From NCBI GenBank assembly GCA_030950485.1, contig JAUZRK010000014.1, positions 2,431-66,430 of the forward strand: a stretch of 64,000 bases of DNA, in the 5' to 3' direction. Origin of the DNA: Candidatus Dojkabacteria bacterium. GTDB taxonomy: Bacteria > Patescibacteriota > Dojkabacteria > J137. The notes beneath the pieces are model-generated. The model worked only from the letters and a program-made list of their open reading frames with translations, was not told the origin of the DNA and did no database searches. A program made the position numbers and the translations under genes. Shown piece after piece: positions 18,582-31,335 of this stretch; the first letter of the stretch is position 1; each line of letters opens with the position of its first letter.

Positions 18582-21500
18582 CTATCTGCTGATTTCATTA
18601 ATCATTACTTTAGCAGTCTTCCCAATACCAAATACATCTGGTGAATACATTAGATTTACTTTTGGAGGATTAACATTATATTCTCCACTAAAAGTAGCTC
18701 TTGTTAAATATTCATATTTATAAGCACCTTTTGGTAGATTGCTCATAAGTAACCCAACTCTATCTCCTAATAATCTCTCTCTAGTTATAAGATAACCTAA
18801 ATTAGTATAACTATTATTACTTATATCAGAATTTCTTGCAAAGTAGTTATAGTCATTATCAATTTTACTCTTTAAAGATTGATCTACTGTACCTAAATTA
18901 AAATTCACTAATTCATAACCAGCAGCTATTGGAGCCTCAACTAATACTTGTGAATAATCTCCCTCGGATATTATATATAAAGTATGCTTTATTATATCTC
19001 CTTCTTTAATATTTTCAATAACTCCATCTATTGATTCAATTTCTTCAAAGATAGTAAATCCATGAGAAACAGGTCTTATATCACTAAAATCAGGATAGGT
19101 ATTTAAGTTCAATCTGTAATATTGATTATGATTAGAAAAATTATATAGCGTTAACTCATTTAACTTATCTAAATTCCCAACTGTCAGGCTCTCCTCACTA
19201 CATTCAATACAAATATCCTTATTATTCAATAACGCACTAAATTTAATATCTCCGTCAATTATTTCATCTCTATCAATTCTATAGTTAGAAACAGTATTAA
19301 TAACTGATGCTACAGAGAATGTTGAGTAGTTATTGTTTTCATTATCTCTTAACCACATCATTCCCTTTTCAGTTAATGAATCGTAACCTCCATCTCTAAT
19401 TAAAGTTAGTAATACAGTTGCTGTAACATTCTCATTCGAGTCAGAATAATAGTAAGTACTAGAATCATTTGATTCCCAATAAATTAAGCCTGCACTTAAT
19501 GTTCCAGAATTAATTAAATCATTCATTAACTCGTCATATCTTGAAGAGTTTTTATCCAAAGACATAACTAGCCAAGCTTTAGCGCTATTATCATATACCT
19601 TATCGTAAATATTATTTATCAGTGATTCAGTAGATTTTGATTCATACAAACTAGTAACATATATTCCTAAAGCTCTAGATGTAAGCGTAGTAGAATTTTT
19701 GTCTGTCTTTAAGAGTATTTCTAATCTATCTACTCCTTTATTAACAACTGTACTACTAACGCTAATGCCATTTCCCTCAGCAATATATAAAGCGTAAAGT
19801 GCATACGCAGTATTTTCAATATTTGCTTGAGAATATTGCTTATTCCAGAAATCCCAGCCTCCAGATGAAAGTTGTAGATCATATAATTTACTAACCAAAG
19901 CACTAACTTCTTTATCATTCAAACCATCTAAATCATTTAGGTTTCTAAGTCCTAAATATGAAATCAATTTTGATGATGTTTGGTCAGTACAGTAGTAATT
20001 ATATTTAGTAATATATTCCTTCTCCTGACCAATATTTTTTGCAAGTGAAGGAGTAACCTCTAGATCTAAATTAGAATAAATAGCATCATCAGATACTTCT
20101 ATTATCTCAGTAGCGCTAAAATTAAGTTTTCCTGTGGTACTATTCGTCTCATAATGAGTAGCAAAATTTAAAGGTATTTCTTTTAGTACTGAGTCTAATT
20201 TTTCTTCCCCTTTATATAAGTTAAACTGAAATTTAACTAATGGATCTGTACTTGTAGCTTCTATAGCTACTTCATAAATTTCCCCTTTATTAGCAGCTAT
20301 TGTAATCGGCTCTGTTAATAAGACTTCTTCATTTCCAGATACATTTGAAATTATCTCAATTGAAGCATCAATATCTTTATCTGTATTATTCTGTAGTAAA
20401 GCACCAACGTTAAGCTTATCTCCATATGTCACAAATCTTGGTAGACTTGGAAATATTTGATAGTTAAGATTAGATATAATCTCTACTTTCTCTTGTCCAA
20501 AAAGATCTTCACCGCTACTAGCTTTTGCCACTATTACCCATGTTGTTAAATTGTCAGGTAATTCAAAATCTAAAGTTGCTTTACCATCTTTTCCAGTTTT
20601 AATTTCTGTCTGCCAGAAAGCCGTATCTTTAAATTCTTTTCTTGTGTCTAACTCATCAAATAAATTTGTAGATCCTCCTCCGCCTCCACCCTTGTCTCCC
20701 CATACAAGGTCTTCTCTAACTTTATCTATACTTAATGTTAGATTGTTACTTGAAGCAATATTGTACTCTCTTAATTTGTACATTACTTCTAATATGTTCT
20801 TATCTCCTATCAAAGCTAAATCGAATAAAGCTTTATCTACTACCGAAACAGTAACTCTTGAGTCAATATTTACTCCCTTTCTTGAAGTATTTATTTTCAG
20901 TTCGACCTTATCTCCCGGCTTATAACTTTTTTTATCTGAATTAATATCAACATCTAGCTTTTTATCTTCAAAGTCTACAACCAGTTCAGTAGTACCAATT
21001 CTAAAATCAGCTTTATTGCTAGCTGATGAGTTCTGTCCTTCAACAATTACACTAGTTAAGAAAATATTAGGAACATATTCTTCCTTAATCTCCTTATTTA
21101 TCTGATAACTAGGTGAATCTGATTTAACTACTTCATATTCTAGTATGTTATCCCAACTATAAATATTTAATAAATAAGCACTATTAAAGTTAGTACTAAT
21201 ATTTAGTTTTGCTATATCAGAAACACTATAAGCATTTTTATCTTTTTCAATATCAATTTCATGACTATCACCTAATTTATAACTATAGCTATAGTAATAA
21301 GGATCATATGCTCTAAATAAAGCTCTACTAACTTCAACTCCATTTCAAAAAACCTTTGCTACATATAAGCCTCCACTTGAAGGTATGAAATTTACAGAGG
21401 CCTTTCCATTTGAAGTCCGTAATCCTTCTTCGTATAAATATATATCATCAAAAATATATTCATAGTAAAGTCCTAAGCTGGAATCTTCTGTTCTTACCCA

Positions 21501-24500
21501 ATCTTCATTTCGCTTGTAGAACGCTACAGTAAAATTTGAGTCAACAGGATTAGAGTTAGTATCCAATGATACATAATCTATATTTAGCTCCTCTCCAACT
21601 GTATTAAAATAACTAGAGAATCTATAACCAAGTTGAATATCTGAATTTATTACTTTTATATCTTTCGAAGTAATAACTACTTCATTATTAATATCTATTA
21701 TTTCAGCATAAAATGTATTTAGCTGTAGGACATATTTAGGATCGATAGTTGAGTTAAATCTAATGATTGCCTCGCCATTCTCGTCAGTTCTTGCTTCTCC
21801 TTCAAGTACTATTTCACTTTCAAAATCAGATACATTTTCACAATATAAATAACAATACATATACATATCAGAAAGATCATCGGCCAGTTTATTGGTAAAA
21901 CTATAGTCGGAGTATTCTGGAATTGATGTAAAAGTGTCTCTTAATGTTATTTTCCAATTTACTTCTGCATTTGAAAGAGCCGCACCGCTAAAATATCTAC
22001 TATTTAATTTTATTTGAACTTCTTCACCAGTCTGAGCTATATCATTTGCTTCAAGCTCAACATAAAAATCTTTCTTCTTATAGTCTTCTACTAAAAATTG
22101 AGCGCTTGTATTGCTTGCGTCTGCTACATCAATAAAAAACTTAACTCCTTCCGAACCTTCTGGAATTACAAATGAACCATTAAATTCTCCGTTACCATTT
22201 AAATCATAATTTTTCTTAATACTGTCTAAATTTATACCATTAGCATAAATATTTAATTTTACTGAGTCGGAATTAAATTTAGGATAGCTAGTTGGAAAAC
22301 TAGAAATTGGATAACTAGTAGCACTTTCTCCATCATTAGGAACAACCATTCCTGTATCAGTCCATTCTCTAACGTAACCTTTAAAATTAACAGTGTCTCC
22401 AGGCTTATATAAAGTTCTATCAGTATAGACATACGCAATTATTGGATCTAGTGTTGCTCTACCTTTTGGATACCAGTATCCTCCCATTCCATTGCTCCAA
22501 TTTGAATCTAATATTCCAAACCTACCCTTATACTCAGCATAAATAATCAAATCTTGCTTAGAGTAATTATTTCCGTGATGTAGTCCTTTTGAAAGTAAGA
22601 CTCCGTCAGAACCAGTAGATCCTAAGAATGATCCATTACTTAAATATATCTTTGCCCCTGAGACAGGTTCACCGCTAACTGCATCTACAATCCAAGTTAG
22701 ATCAGATGTAGTTCCCTGATGTAGTGTTAATGCAAGAGATGAATAATTTATAATCTGTAAGTCTTGGTCATTTATTATCAACATATATACACCTTCGCCC
22801 TTTGTTTTATCAGTAATATCTACTTTATATTGGCTTGTTTCATTAAACTACTCTTTATACATTTCTGAATTATCAACGCTCCAAGAGCTAATCATTGAAC
22901 TACTAAAGTAGTTTGCTAGTTCAGCAGTGTTCATGTAATTACCGTTCTGAGAATAAATATACCCGCCGGATTTAAAAGTATTTGGGGATAGCTTATATAA
23001 TTTATAATTAAAGCTTGAATAATTTGTACTACTAAACCATACTTCCAATGGATTTGATGCGTTGTACATCGCTCTTTCACCTCCTACAATTTCAATACTT
23101 GGGTCGTAATCTTTTGTTTTATAAGAAAAAGATACTGGATATTTTAATCCTAAACCATCAGCAGAATTTCCATTTAAAACTTGAATATTATAGCTAGTCG
23201 AAGGTTCATTATAACCCTTTAATGATACATATCTATCGCCACTATACCAATATGATTCATCTCTAGTTAAAGTCTTACCATTTACTAAAATATTACCGAC
23301 AAGACTATCTACATTCATTTCAGTAGTAAAACTAATTGAGGGTTCACTATGATAAGCAAGTCCAGTTGAATCATTAATTGAAACGTTTATATCTGCTTCA
23401 GGATAATCAACAGTCGAAAAAACTACTCTTCTTTCTTCGCCTAGTGGAGAATTTGTTTCTAATGCTCTTAAATCTCCACTAAAAATAATTTGATAATTAG
23501 TTATTGGGTTTAAGTTAATACCTGGTTGAATGTATATATAATTAGAAGAGCCTTTAGTCTCCTGTGAAAGAATAATTTGAATATCGTATCCTTGATTATA
23601 TTCAGGCACTAATTTAATTTTATTAATATCAAGCTGAACAGCAACATTAAATTCTATAGAAATTCTTTCTGAAAGACCGTATCCTCCGCCTAATGAATTT
23701 TCTGATAAAAGAATAGGTTTCTCTCTTTCAATACTCCATTCGAAAGGTTCCTGCATCTTTAAACCGTCAGTTGATTCTATTAATTCATTATTAACATTTA
23801 CGGTATAAATATAACCTAGATCAAATCCATTTGATGGTCTAAATCTTAATGTTGTAGTTGAAAGCCATTCGTATTCACCTTCAACTTCAGGTGTGATTGT
23901 AACCGGAATCTCCTTTTCTTGTTGATCATCGACACTTGCTAGAGATGTCACAGGTTTGTTAAATGTAATAATAATATCCTGATTTTTTTCTTTTAGTATT
24001 TGAGGAGTATTAATTATTACCTCTGGATATGTAGTTGTCTCGAATTTGAATGATTGGATCTTATTTTTAATATCATTATTTTCTATAGTTACCTCAGATT
24101 CTGTTGCAAGTTTTAATGATTCATCAGGGATTAAAATTAGTTTATTTTCTTCCCACTTAGCTTCATAATCTATTTCAGGTGTTATCTCAATACTTTCCTA
24201 AAACTCATCTCTGATTTTTACAACACCATTAAGATTTATTTCAATTGATGAATCTATAGGTACTTCTGAAATATTTCTTCTAGGGGAAGATCCTGTTAGA
24301 TAGATAGTGTCCAATTTTTTCTCAAAACCAAAAGTATCTATATTTATTAGTGAGGTCAAAAAGAAAAACGAAAAGAATAGAATTGAAAAACCAACGATAG
24401 GTCGGCTTCTTTTATTATTAACTTTGTTTATAATTTTAGAATTCCTTATTCTCAAAGCTAGACTTGTAATTCTTGCTTTTGCGAATTTGATAATAGAAAT

Positions 24501-25025
24501 TAGAAAACGAATATGTGTAAGAGGATTAAGACTCTTCTTAAACTTTTTTTCTTTTAAGTTTTCAAACAAAGAAACTATTACTAATACTAAAATTACAGCA
24601 AGTATAGAAATAACTGCTACAAATGCAATAGATTGATCATAATTCTCAATTGCTAGCTGTGTTAGAAAAATAAGCAATATAATACTTGCAGAGTATGCTG
24701 GGTATTTAATAGTACTTTTAAGTAAATTCCTATAGATTATAAGAACGATAAATGTAAGGATTAAGAATAATACTATTTGAGTTAATAGCCTCTCATTATA
24801 AGTATTAAACGAAGTTTGATTAAACTGATCAAACATTCTGACGTAAACATAAACTGTAAAAAATACTCCTAAAAATTTCAGTATATTAAATTTATTAGAT
24901 TTGATTTTTTGATACGTTACTCTCGAAGAATTAACTAATTTATTTTTAATTAAGGTAAATGTAGTCTTAGATTTTTCAATGATTCTACTAACACTAAAAA
25001 ATTCTTTAAAATTGAAAGTCTTCAT
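18582..25025 (-). pseudogene. Giant alpha-2-macroglobulin-family protein (~2148 codons, N-terminal TM anchor) interrupted by three in-frame stops: TAG 24198-24200, TAG 22848-22850, TGA 21345-21347
   Basis: All four ORF pieces share one frame. Own translation across each junction and across the ORF-free stretch 20814-21344 shows no other stops. Signature TAFWQTEIKTGKDGKATLDFELPDNLTTWVIVAKA (A2M MG-domain motif). Thioester-like YNYYCTDQTSS (CxxQ retained). Gly6 hinge. Confidence 0.6.
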
Positions 25026-25098
25026 ACGAAAAAGTAACTTATATAAAACTGGGGCTTTATACCCGTATTATAGAGACAATTGTTCCATTAAAAAAGTG

Positions 25099-27121
25099 TC
25101 AATTTTTTAAAGGGTTATAGTCGAAAGTAATGTTCTGACAATCTGTAGTATCTTCAAATCCTTGATTAAAGCTATTGAAGTCTATATTACTGCTAGTATT
25201 AAACTTAACAATATCATCACTACAAATAGTAATTTTCAAAAGTTCTGAATAATTAAATTCATAATCATTCGCTGTGACTAAATTTATAGAGTAATTCCAA
25301 ATAGGTGCTGCTGCTACAGATCCGTATAGTCCATCCATTTCTCTTCCTAATGAATTTCCAACCCAAACTCCAACTATATATTCTGGGGTATATCCCATAG
25401 TAAGAGCATCTTTAAAATTTTGTGTAGTTCCAGTTTTAGCAGCACTGGGAAAGCTAGTTCTTAAAGAACTTAATGAACCAAATTGATCCCTTCTAGCGTC
25501 ATTATCTGAAAGTATATTTGTAATCATCTGAGTTATCGCTACTGTATTCTCTCCAAAAATTTTGCTACTATTTTTTTCTTGCTTATGCTCCCAAATTATA
25601 GTTCCACTACTGTCCTCTATCCTATCTATCATATAAGGTGTAGATAATTCCCCCTCATTTTGAAATAAACTGTACGCATAAGTAAGAGCAAATAAACTTA
25701 CTTCACACGCTCCAACAGTTGCAACTATTCCACACTCACTCGCACTATTTATGCTACCAAGCCCAACTTGTTTCATTAAATCTATAAAACTCTCAACCCC
25801 CAATCTCTCTGTCATTATCATAGCCGGGAGATTATATGAATTAGCTAATGATAATGTTATAGTCTGTAGCCCATGTTCTTTCAAATCTGCGTTATGGGGT
25901 GTAAAGTCCTCGCCTTTAACTTCAAAGATTCGTAATTTATCTAAAATTACTGATTGAGGTATGTATCCTTTATCAAATGCCAGCGCGTATAAAAACGGTT
26001 TTAATGTTGATGCAGGTTGAATTAGACCAAGAGAGTGATTGTATTCTCCATTATTTTCTTTGTCAAAAAAATCTACAGAGCCTATCATTGTAATAAGTGC
26101 TCCATTATTATCTGTAATAATAACTGCTGAGTTGTTAGCTCCTTTCTGTTCTAATTCTTTCATTTGATTATCAAGGAAAGTAAGTATTTCCGAATGTACA
26201 CTATAATCATAAGTAGTATAGACTTTTAGCTCAGTACTTAGATCAATTTCCAATTCTTTTCTAATTTCATTAACTTCATCATTTACCATCATTGAAAAAT
26301 GTGGGGCTTTTAGCAGATTAATATTTTCTTTTATAAAAAGTTCTTCCTCTATAGCCGACCTAAATTCTACTTCAGTAATATAATCATTTTTTAACATCCT
26401 TTCTAAAACTAAGTTCATTCTTTTAAGACCTAGCCCCCAAATCTGCATATGGATTAAAAACTGAGGGCTTATTTATCACGCCAATCAAATAACTACATTC
26501 AGTAAGACTTAAATTTGAAGTTGTTTTGCCAAAGTACGAGTTAGCTGCAGCTTCAATACCATAATTCAGATTTCCAAAGTTAACATTGTTAAAATACATT
26601 TCTAGAATTTCATCCTTAGAATATTCTGAATTTAATTTAACAGCATATATTGTCTCGTCTAGTTTTGATTTAAATGATCTATCAAAATAACTCCCTTCCG
26701 ATATTTTTACTAATTGCTGAGAAATCGTGCTTCCGCCTCTATCTTGGCCAAATACGCCATCTAACATAGCTCTTTAAACCCCCTTCGTACTTACGCCAAT
26801 ATTATTGTAAAAACTTTCATCTTCTGTCGATACTAAAGCGTTTATACAATTTTCAGGAATCTGATCGAATTCAATTGGAAAGTTTTTAATTGGTTCATCT
26901 TCAATTACTCTTAATGAAAGCTCGCCATTTCTATCGTAAATCGCAGTTGAATTATCGTAGTCAGTATTCAGTTCAAAGTCATAATTCATGTATCTGTAAA
27001 CAAAATATATAGATGGGAAAAGTATGAATATATCAAAGAATATAAATAGAATGACTAATAAATATTTCTTATTAATTTTACCTCTAGCTGAGTTGTATTT
27101 TTCTATCACTTTTCTTTTCAT
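25099..27121 (-). pseudogene. Class A penicillin-binding protein (GT51 glycosyltransferase + transpeptidase), disrupted by an in-frame TAA (26774-26776) and a +1 frameshift in a G5/C5 run (26434-26438)
   Basis: GT51 motifs EDESFYNNIGVS...GGSTISQQLVK...NPYADLG. If one G is removed, translation reads through as ...DLGLGLKRMNLVLERMLKNDYI (PBP linker). Transpeptidase SxxK / SxN-like motifs downstream. Confidence 0.65.
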
Positions 27122-27284
27122 TGATACATTATAGTTTACATTATAGATGACGTAGATGGGGGGAGAAAAAGGACAGGGTTTTAATAAGAGAATTATTTAT
27201 ACAGCTCTGATTTAAATAAAAACCTCGCTGGAATATTTCTAACCTGGGTATAACTCTCCTCCAACCCTTAGCTTTGCGTTAATG

Positions 27285-27863
27285 CTATTCAACTCCAAGT
27301 TCATCAACCATAGCAAGCAACTTACTAACAGTCTTTAAACTCCTAGTAGTAGCTATTCGATTCAAGGCTCTCTCGAAGAAGTTATTATTAAGCTGAGTAT
27401 TACCATAACCTTCTGGAAGATATAGATATAGATATAGATATAGATATAGATATATATTCTTTCCATTGATTTTAAATTCCTCAGTCGCGCCCCTATAACC
27501 GTTCAAACTAAAAGTATTAACATTTGTAGACTCTTCGTTTAAGAATGTGAAATGAAAATACTTAGGATCATTATTCTTATCTTCTAAAAATGGGTTACTG
27601 TCTATTATCTCTCTTAGCTCTCTTGCTTCAATAACAATAATTGGGATTGATAATCCAAAATTATTAGCTATTGTCGAGTGTATCTCCGATTGAAGCTCTT
27701 CTATATTCTTTCTTTTAGTTTGAAGGACAACGTTTCCGCTTTGAATATAAGTTTTAACATTACTATAATCTAGATTTACGATTACTTTTCTAAGATCTTC
27801 CATCTTTATAATATTGTTTCCACCTAGATTAATTCCTCTAAGTAATGCTATATATGTATTCAT
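27285..27863 (-). CDS. DUF1697 family protein carrying an internal (Tyr-Leu)6 repeat
   Basis: N-terminus MNTYIALLRGINLGGNN is the DUF1697 signature. The YLYLYLYLYLYL stretch is encoded by the (TATAGA)6 repeat. Confidence 0.5.
   Translation of the reverse strand: MNTYIALLRGINLGGNNIIKMEDLRKVIVNLDYSNVKTYIQSGNVVLQTKRKNIEELQSEIHSTIANNFGLSIPIIVIEARELREIIDSNPFLEDKNNDPKYFHFTFLNEESTNVNTFSLNGYRGATEEFKINGKNIYLYLYLYLYLYLPEGYGNTQLNNNFFERALNRIATTRSLKTVSKLLAMVDELGVE
27417..27456. repeat. Hexanucleotide tandem repeat (GATATA/TATAGA) x6 inside a coding region
   Basis: gatatagatatagatatagatatagatatagatata read directly. Confidence 0.85.
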
Positions 27864-27873
27864 TTATATTTCT

Positions 27874-29637
27874 TTAAAAAATTTCAAAATTCTCTAATAA
27901 TTTCTTATCCCCTTCTACCTGATAAGTTAATAGATCTCTATATATTCCTTCTCTAGTAGATAATTCTTTAGGAGCTCCTGAATCTACAATTTTTCCTCCA
28001 TCTACTACAAATATCTTATCAACATTTTGAATAGTTGAAAATCTATGGGCGATAATAATTACCATTTTTCCTTTCATTAAAGTTTCCATAGCTTCTTGAA
28101 CTTCAGCTTCAGATTTAGAATCTAAATTGCTGGTAGCTTCATCTAGTATTACTACTGGTGAGTTATCTAAAATTGCTCTAGCTATTTGGATTCTCTGTTT
28201 TTGTCCGCCTGATAGCTTAATTCCTCTCTCTCCAATTTGAGAATCAATTCCATCCTTAAATTTAGAGACAAATCCCCATACATTTGCTTTTTTTAATGAT
28301 TCAATAACATCAGCATCATCTACTACTTTACCGTAAGCAACATTCTCTCGAATAGTTGTAGAGAACAATTCATTTTCTTGAAAAACTAGTGAGATGTTAG
28401 ATCTAACCTGATTATGAGAAAGTTCACTATATTTTGTATCATTTATAAATAAATCTCCATTAGTCGAATTATAGAATTTAGTTATTAGATTTATTATGGT
28501 TGATTTACCAGCTCCTGAATGACCAACTAGAGCCACTTTCTCTCCCATTTTAATCTCCAGACTAACATCTTTAAGAACTTCTTCACCCTTTTCGTAACTA
28601 AATGCAACATCTTTAAAACTAATTGAGTTTATTTCAATCTTATCTTTTATTACTTCTTCGTATTTTTCCTCAGCTTTTATATCCATTATTTCAAAAAATT
28701 CTTTTGTTCCAGCCTCTGTAGTTTGAATTTGAGATAAAATAAAACTCATAGCAAATAAAGGTCTTCTTATTTGATTTATTAACTGAATTAAAAGCACTAC
28801 TGTACCTAGTGAGTAAGTACCTTCAAATCCTCCATAAAAAATAACTATACTCATTGCTAGTAAGATTATATTTAGACTAGTATTTCTTAGGAAATCGAAA
28901 ATATGAAATGTCTTACTCTGTCTTGCATATATTTTATTTATGCTTTCTTGCTCTTTATCCACATAATTTAGTTCATTACTCTGATTAGTAAATCCCTTAA
29001 CTAATCTCATATTGGTTATCACTTCTTGAATTCTTCCTCTAGAATTATCCTCATGCTTATTTTTTGCTACTTCCTCTTTTCCCCATTTTTTAGCCGAGTA
29101 CATACTTAAAGTTGTATAAATTGGGAAAAGTATTATTGTAAATAAAGCTACCTGCCAACTATATACAGCCATTAATGCAATTGTAAATACAGAAAGCAAT
29201 ACATTTGGAAAAATGAAATTAGAAGCAGCTTTCATAAATTGCTCGACTGAAAAAATACCTCTATTAAGCTGGTTTACAATTTTTCCTGAAAGCTCTGTAT
29301 CAAAATAGCTTTGAGGTAATCTAAAAATATGGTCATAAAATTTTACTAGTAGAAATCTCCTAAGCTCTCCTCCAAAATGATCTCCAATTCTTTGAGATAA
29401 TGAACTCAATAGTGTTTGAAGCATTAACGCTCCAAAACTTGCGATTATTAGTACTAACAATAATTCTTTATCTCCATCTCCTGACGTTATCTCAGATTCT
29501 ATTTGATCAACCATTGCTTTTGATAAAAGAGGAGCAAATTGAGTTACAACTGCGGATACAAATGATAGGGCTAATATTGTATATAAAATTCCGTGTAGTG
29601 GTTTGGAAATCTTTAGGGTTCTAATTATGTTTTTCAT
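27874..29637 (-). CDS. ABC transporter, fused permease-ATPase exporter (MsbA/MdlB-like)
   Basis: Six predicted TM helices, Walker A GHSGAGKST, signature LSGGQKQRIQIARA, Walker B VVILDEATS. Confidence 0.8.
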   Translation of the reverse strand: MKNIIRTLKISKPLHGILYTILALSFVSAVVTQFAPLLSKAMVDQIESEITSGDGDKELLLVLIIASFGALMLQTLLSSLSQRIGDHFGGELRRFLLVKFYDHIFRLPQSYFDTELSGKIVNQLNRGIFSVEQFMKAASNFIFPNVLLSVFTIALMAVYSWQVALFTIILFPIYTTLSMYSAKKWGKEEVAKNKHEDNSRGRIQEVITNMRLVKGFTNQSNELNYVDKEQESINKIYARQSKTFHIFDFLRNTSLNIILLAMSIVIFYGGFEGTYSLGTVVLLIQLINQIRRPLFAMSFILSQIQTTEAGTKEFFEIMDIKAEEKYEEVIKDKIEINSISFKDVAFSYEKGEEVLKDVSLEIKMGEKVALVGHSGAGKSTIINLITKFYNSTNGDLFINDTKYSELSHNQVRSNISLVFQENELFSTTIRENVAYGKVVDDADVIESLKKANVWGFVSKFKDGIDSQIGERGIKLSGGQKQRIQIARAILDNSPVVILDEATSNLDSKSEAEVQEAMETLMKGKMVIIIAHRFSTIQNVDKIFVVDGGKIVDSGAPKELSTREGIYRDLLTYQVEGDKKLLENFEIF

Positions 29638-29733
29638 TTGTTATATTTGGAAAAATTTAAGATGAACTTCACTATTTTATCATAGTAGTTAGGTAGAAGT
29701 TTTTGTATTATGATTCTGTAAAATATTTTAAAG

Positions 29734-30141
29734 ATGAGCGAATCGGCTAATTTATGTAAGACTTGCTTGGAACAAGACTTAGACATGGGTGCTGGGAAGG
29801 AATTTGGCTGCCAACTTCTAAGCCAGTTAATAGTGGAGCGAATAGATAATAGGATAGAAAAACCTATTTCTGCACCTGAGGATTGTAGGTTAGATAACTT
29901 AGCAACCGAGATTGCATCTGATATACTTTTACAAATAGATACAGATTCTGTTAGTAATATAATTTCAAAAACGCCTATCACTATTTATAGAGAAGAAATT
30001 AATTATGCAGTAGCTATACATTTAGCTGAAAGATCCAACAATGAAAGAGAAAGAGTATTAAAAGCTCTAGAATCGAGACTCGTTAGTTTGAATGTTACGG
30101 TTATAGAAGAACATAGTGATAGTACAGATATTGCTTCATGA
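29734..30141 (+). CDS. Hypothetical protein
   Basis: 135-aa ORF upstream of the CapA-like gene. The antisense ORF 29634..29981 is rejected as low complexity. Confidence 0.35.
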   Translation: MSESANLCKTCLEQDLDMGAGKEFGCQLLSQLIVERIDNRIEKPISAPEDCRLDNLATEIASDILLQIDTDSVSNIISKTPITIYREEINYAVAIHLAERSNNERERVLKALESRLVSLNVTVIEEHSDSTDIAS

Positions 30142-30176
30142 TTCATATATTAATAAAACACTGTCAGCTAACAAAA

Positions 30177-31222
30177 TGAAAAAAGTCATATTAGGATTCA
30201 TAGTTTTTATAATAAGTTTATCTCTAACACTCCTCTTTCTGAATAATAAGAAAGCATTAACAGACCAAGCTACAGATAAAGAAGTTATCTCCCTAAATAA
30301 ACAAATTGAAGTGGAAGAAATTTTAGTAACTGATGAGGATACTATTAAACCAATTAAACTATTAATTACAGGTGATGTTAGTACTTCAGGACTTACTGTA
30401 GAATATATGGTTGAAACTGGAGCTACTCCATTTCAATTCGTAGAAAACTACTTCAATACAGCAGATATAGTTTTAGTTAATTCAGAAATGGTATTAGCTG
30501 AAGAAGAAGGCTATCCTCAAAATAAGCCCTATACTTTAAGGGGTCCTGTAGATGCAACTATGAATGCATTTACAAATGCTAATGTTTCGATCGTATCTAT
30601 AGCTAATAATCATAGTTCAGATTTTGGTCCAGATGCTTTCGTAAATATGCTAGATATTTTTGAAGAAAATAATCTTAAATACTTTGGAGGTGGCAGAACT
30701 GTTAGTGATACTTTTTCTGCTGAATTTATTGAATTAAATGATACAGTAATTGCATTTATTGGAGTTAATGAGTCGGAGACATTTTTTACATCAGTAAATA
30801 ATAATAGAGCCGGTGGAGCCTATTTTAATGAATCATTATTAAAACCTGCTTTTGATGAAGCAAAGCTAAAGGCAGGTATAATAATAGTAATGCCTCATTG
30901 GGGAATTGAGCACCAACCTACTTCTAATTCATTTCAACAAGAGTGGGCTCATAAATTTATAGACTGGGGAGCTGATTTAGTAGTTGGCTCACATCCACAT
31001 ATCATTCAAGAAAGCGAATACTATCAAGATACTCCAATTTATTACTCTCTTGGAAATTTTGTATTTTCAGGATTTAGTTGGATTGAAACTGGTCAGGTAG
31101 GGTTACTTCTTGAAGTTGAGATTGAAAACGATGAAATAAAAAGTATAAATGAGTACAAGGTAGAGTTAACTTACCAGGGGTTTCCTAAATTTATAGATGG
31201 TAGTATGAATGGAAACGAGTAA
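30177..31222 (+). CDS. CapA/PgsA-family metallophosphatase-like protein, membrane-anchored
   Basis: Start taken at ATG 30177 (MKKVILGFIVF..., TM helix). ANNHSSDFG motif typical of the CapA family. ORF track start 30116 is a GTG. Confidence 0.55.
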
Positions 31223-31335
31223 GTTTCTAAATCAGAGCTTATTATTCTATATTTAATATACATCTATTTCAATCAAAAGAGCTGCTAGACATACAATTCG
31301 CTCCAATGATGTACTCCATTAGTTAATATCAGTTA

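Noticed and set aside
18582-20813. Canonical A2M thioester motif CxEQ
   Set aside because: The site reads CTDQ (Cys and Gln spacing kept, Glu replaced by Asp). I report the protein as A2M-like on the MG-domain motif, but I cannot claim a functional thioester.
29634-29981. 115-aa ORF on the minus strand immediately upstream of the ABC exporter
   Set aside because: Low-complexity translation, antisense to the more protein-like ORF 29734..30141. Likely spurious.
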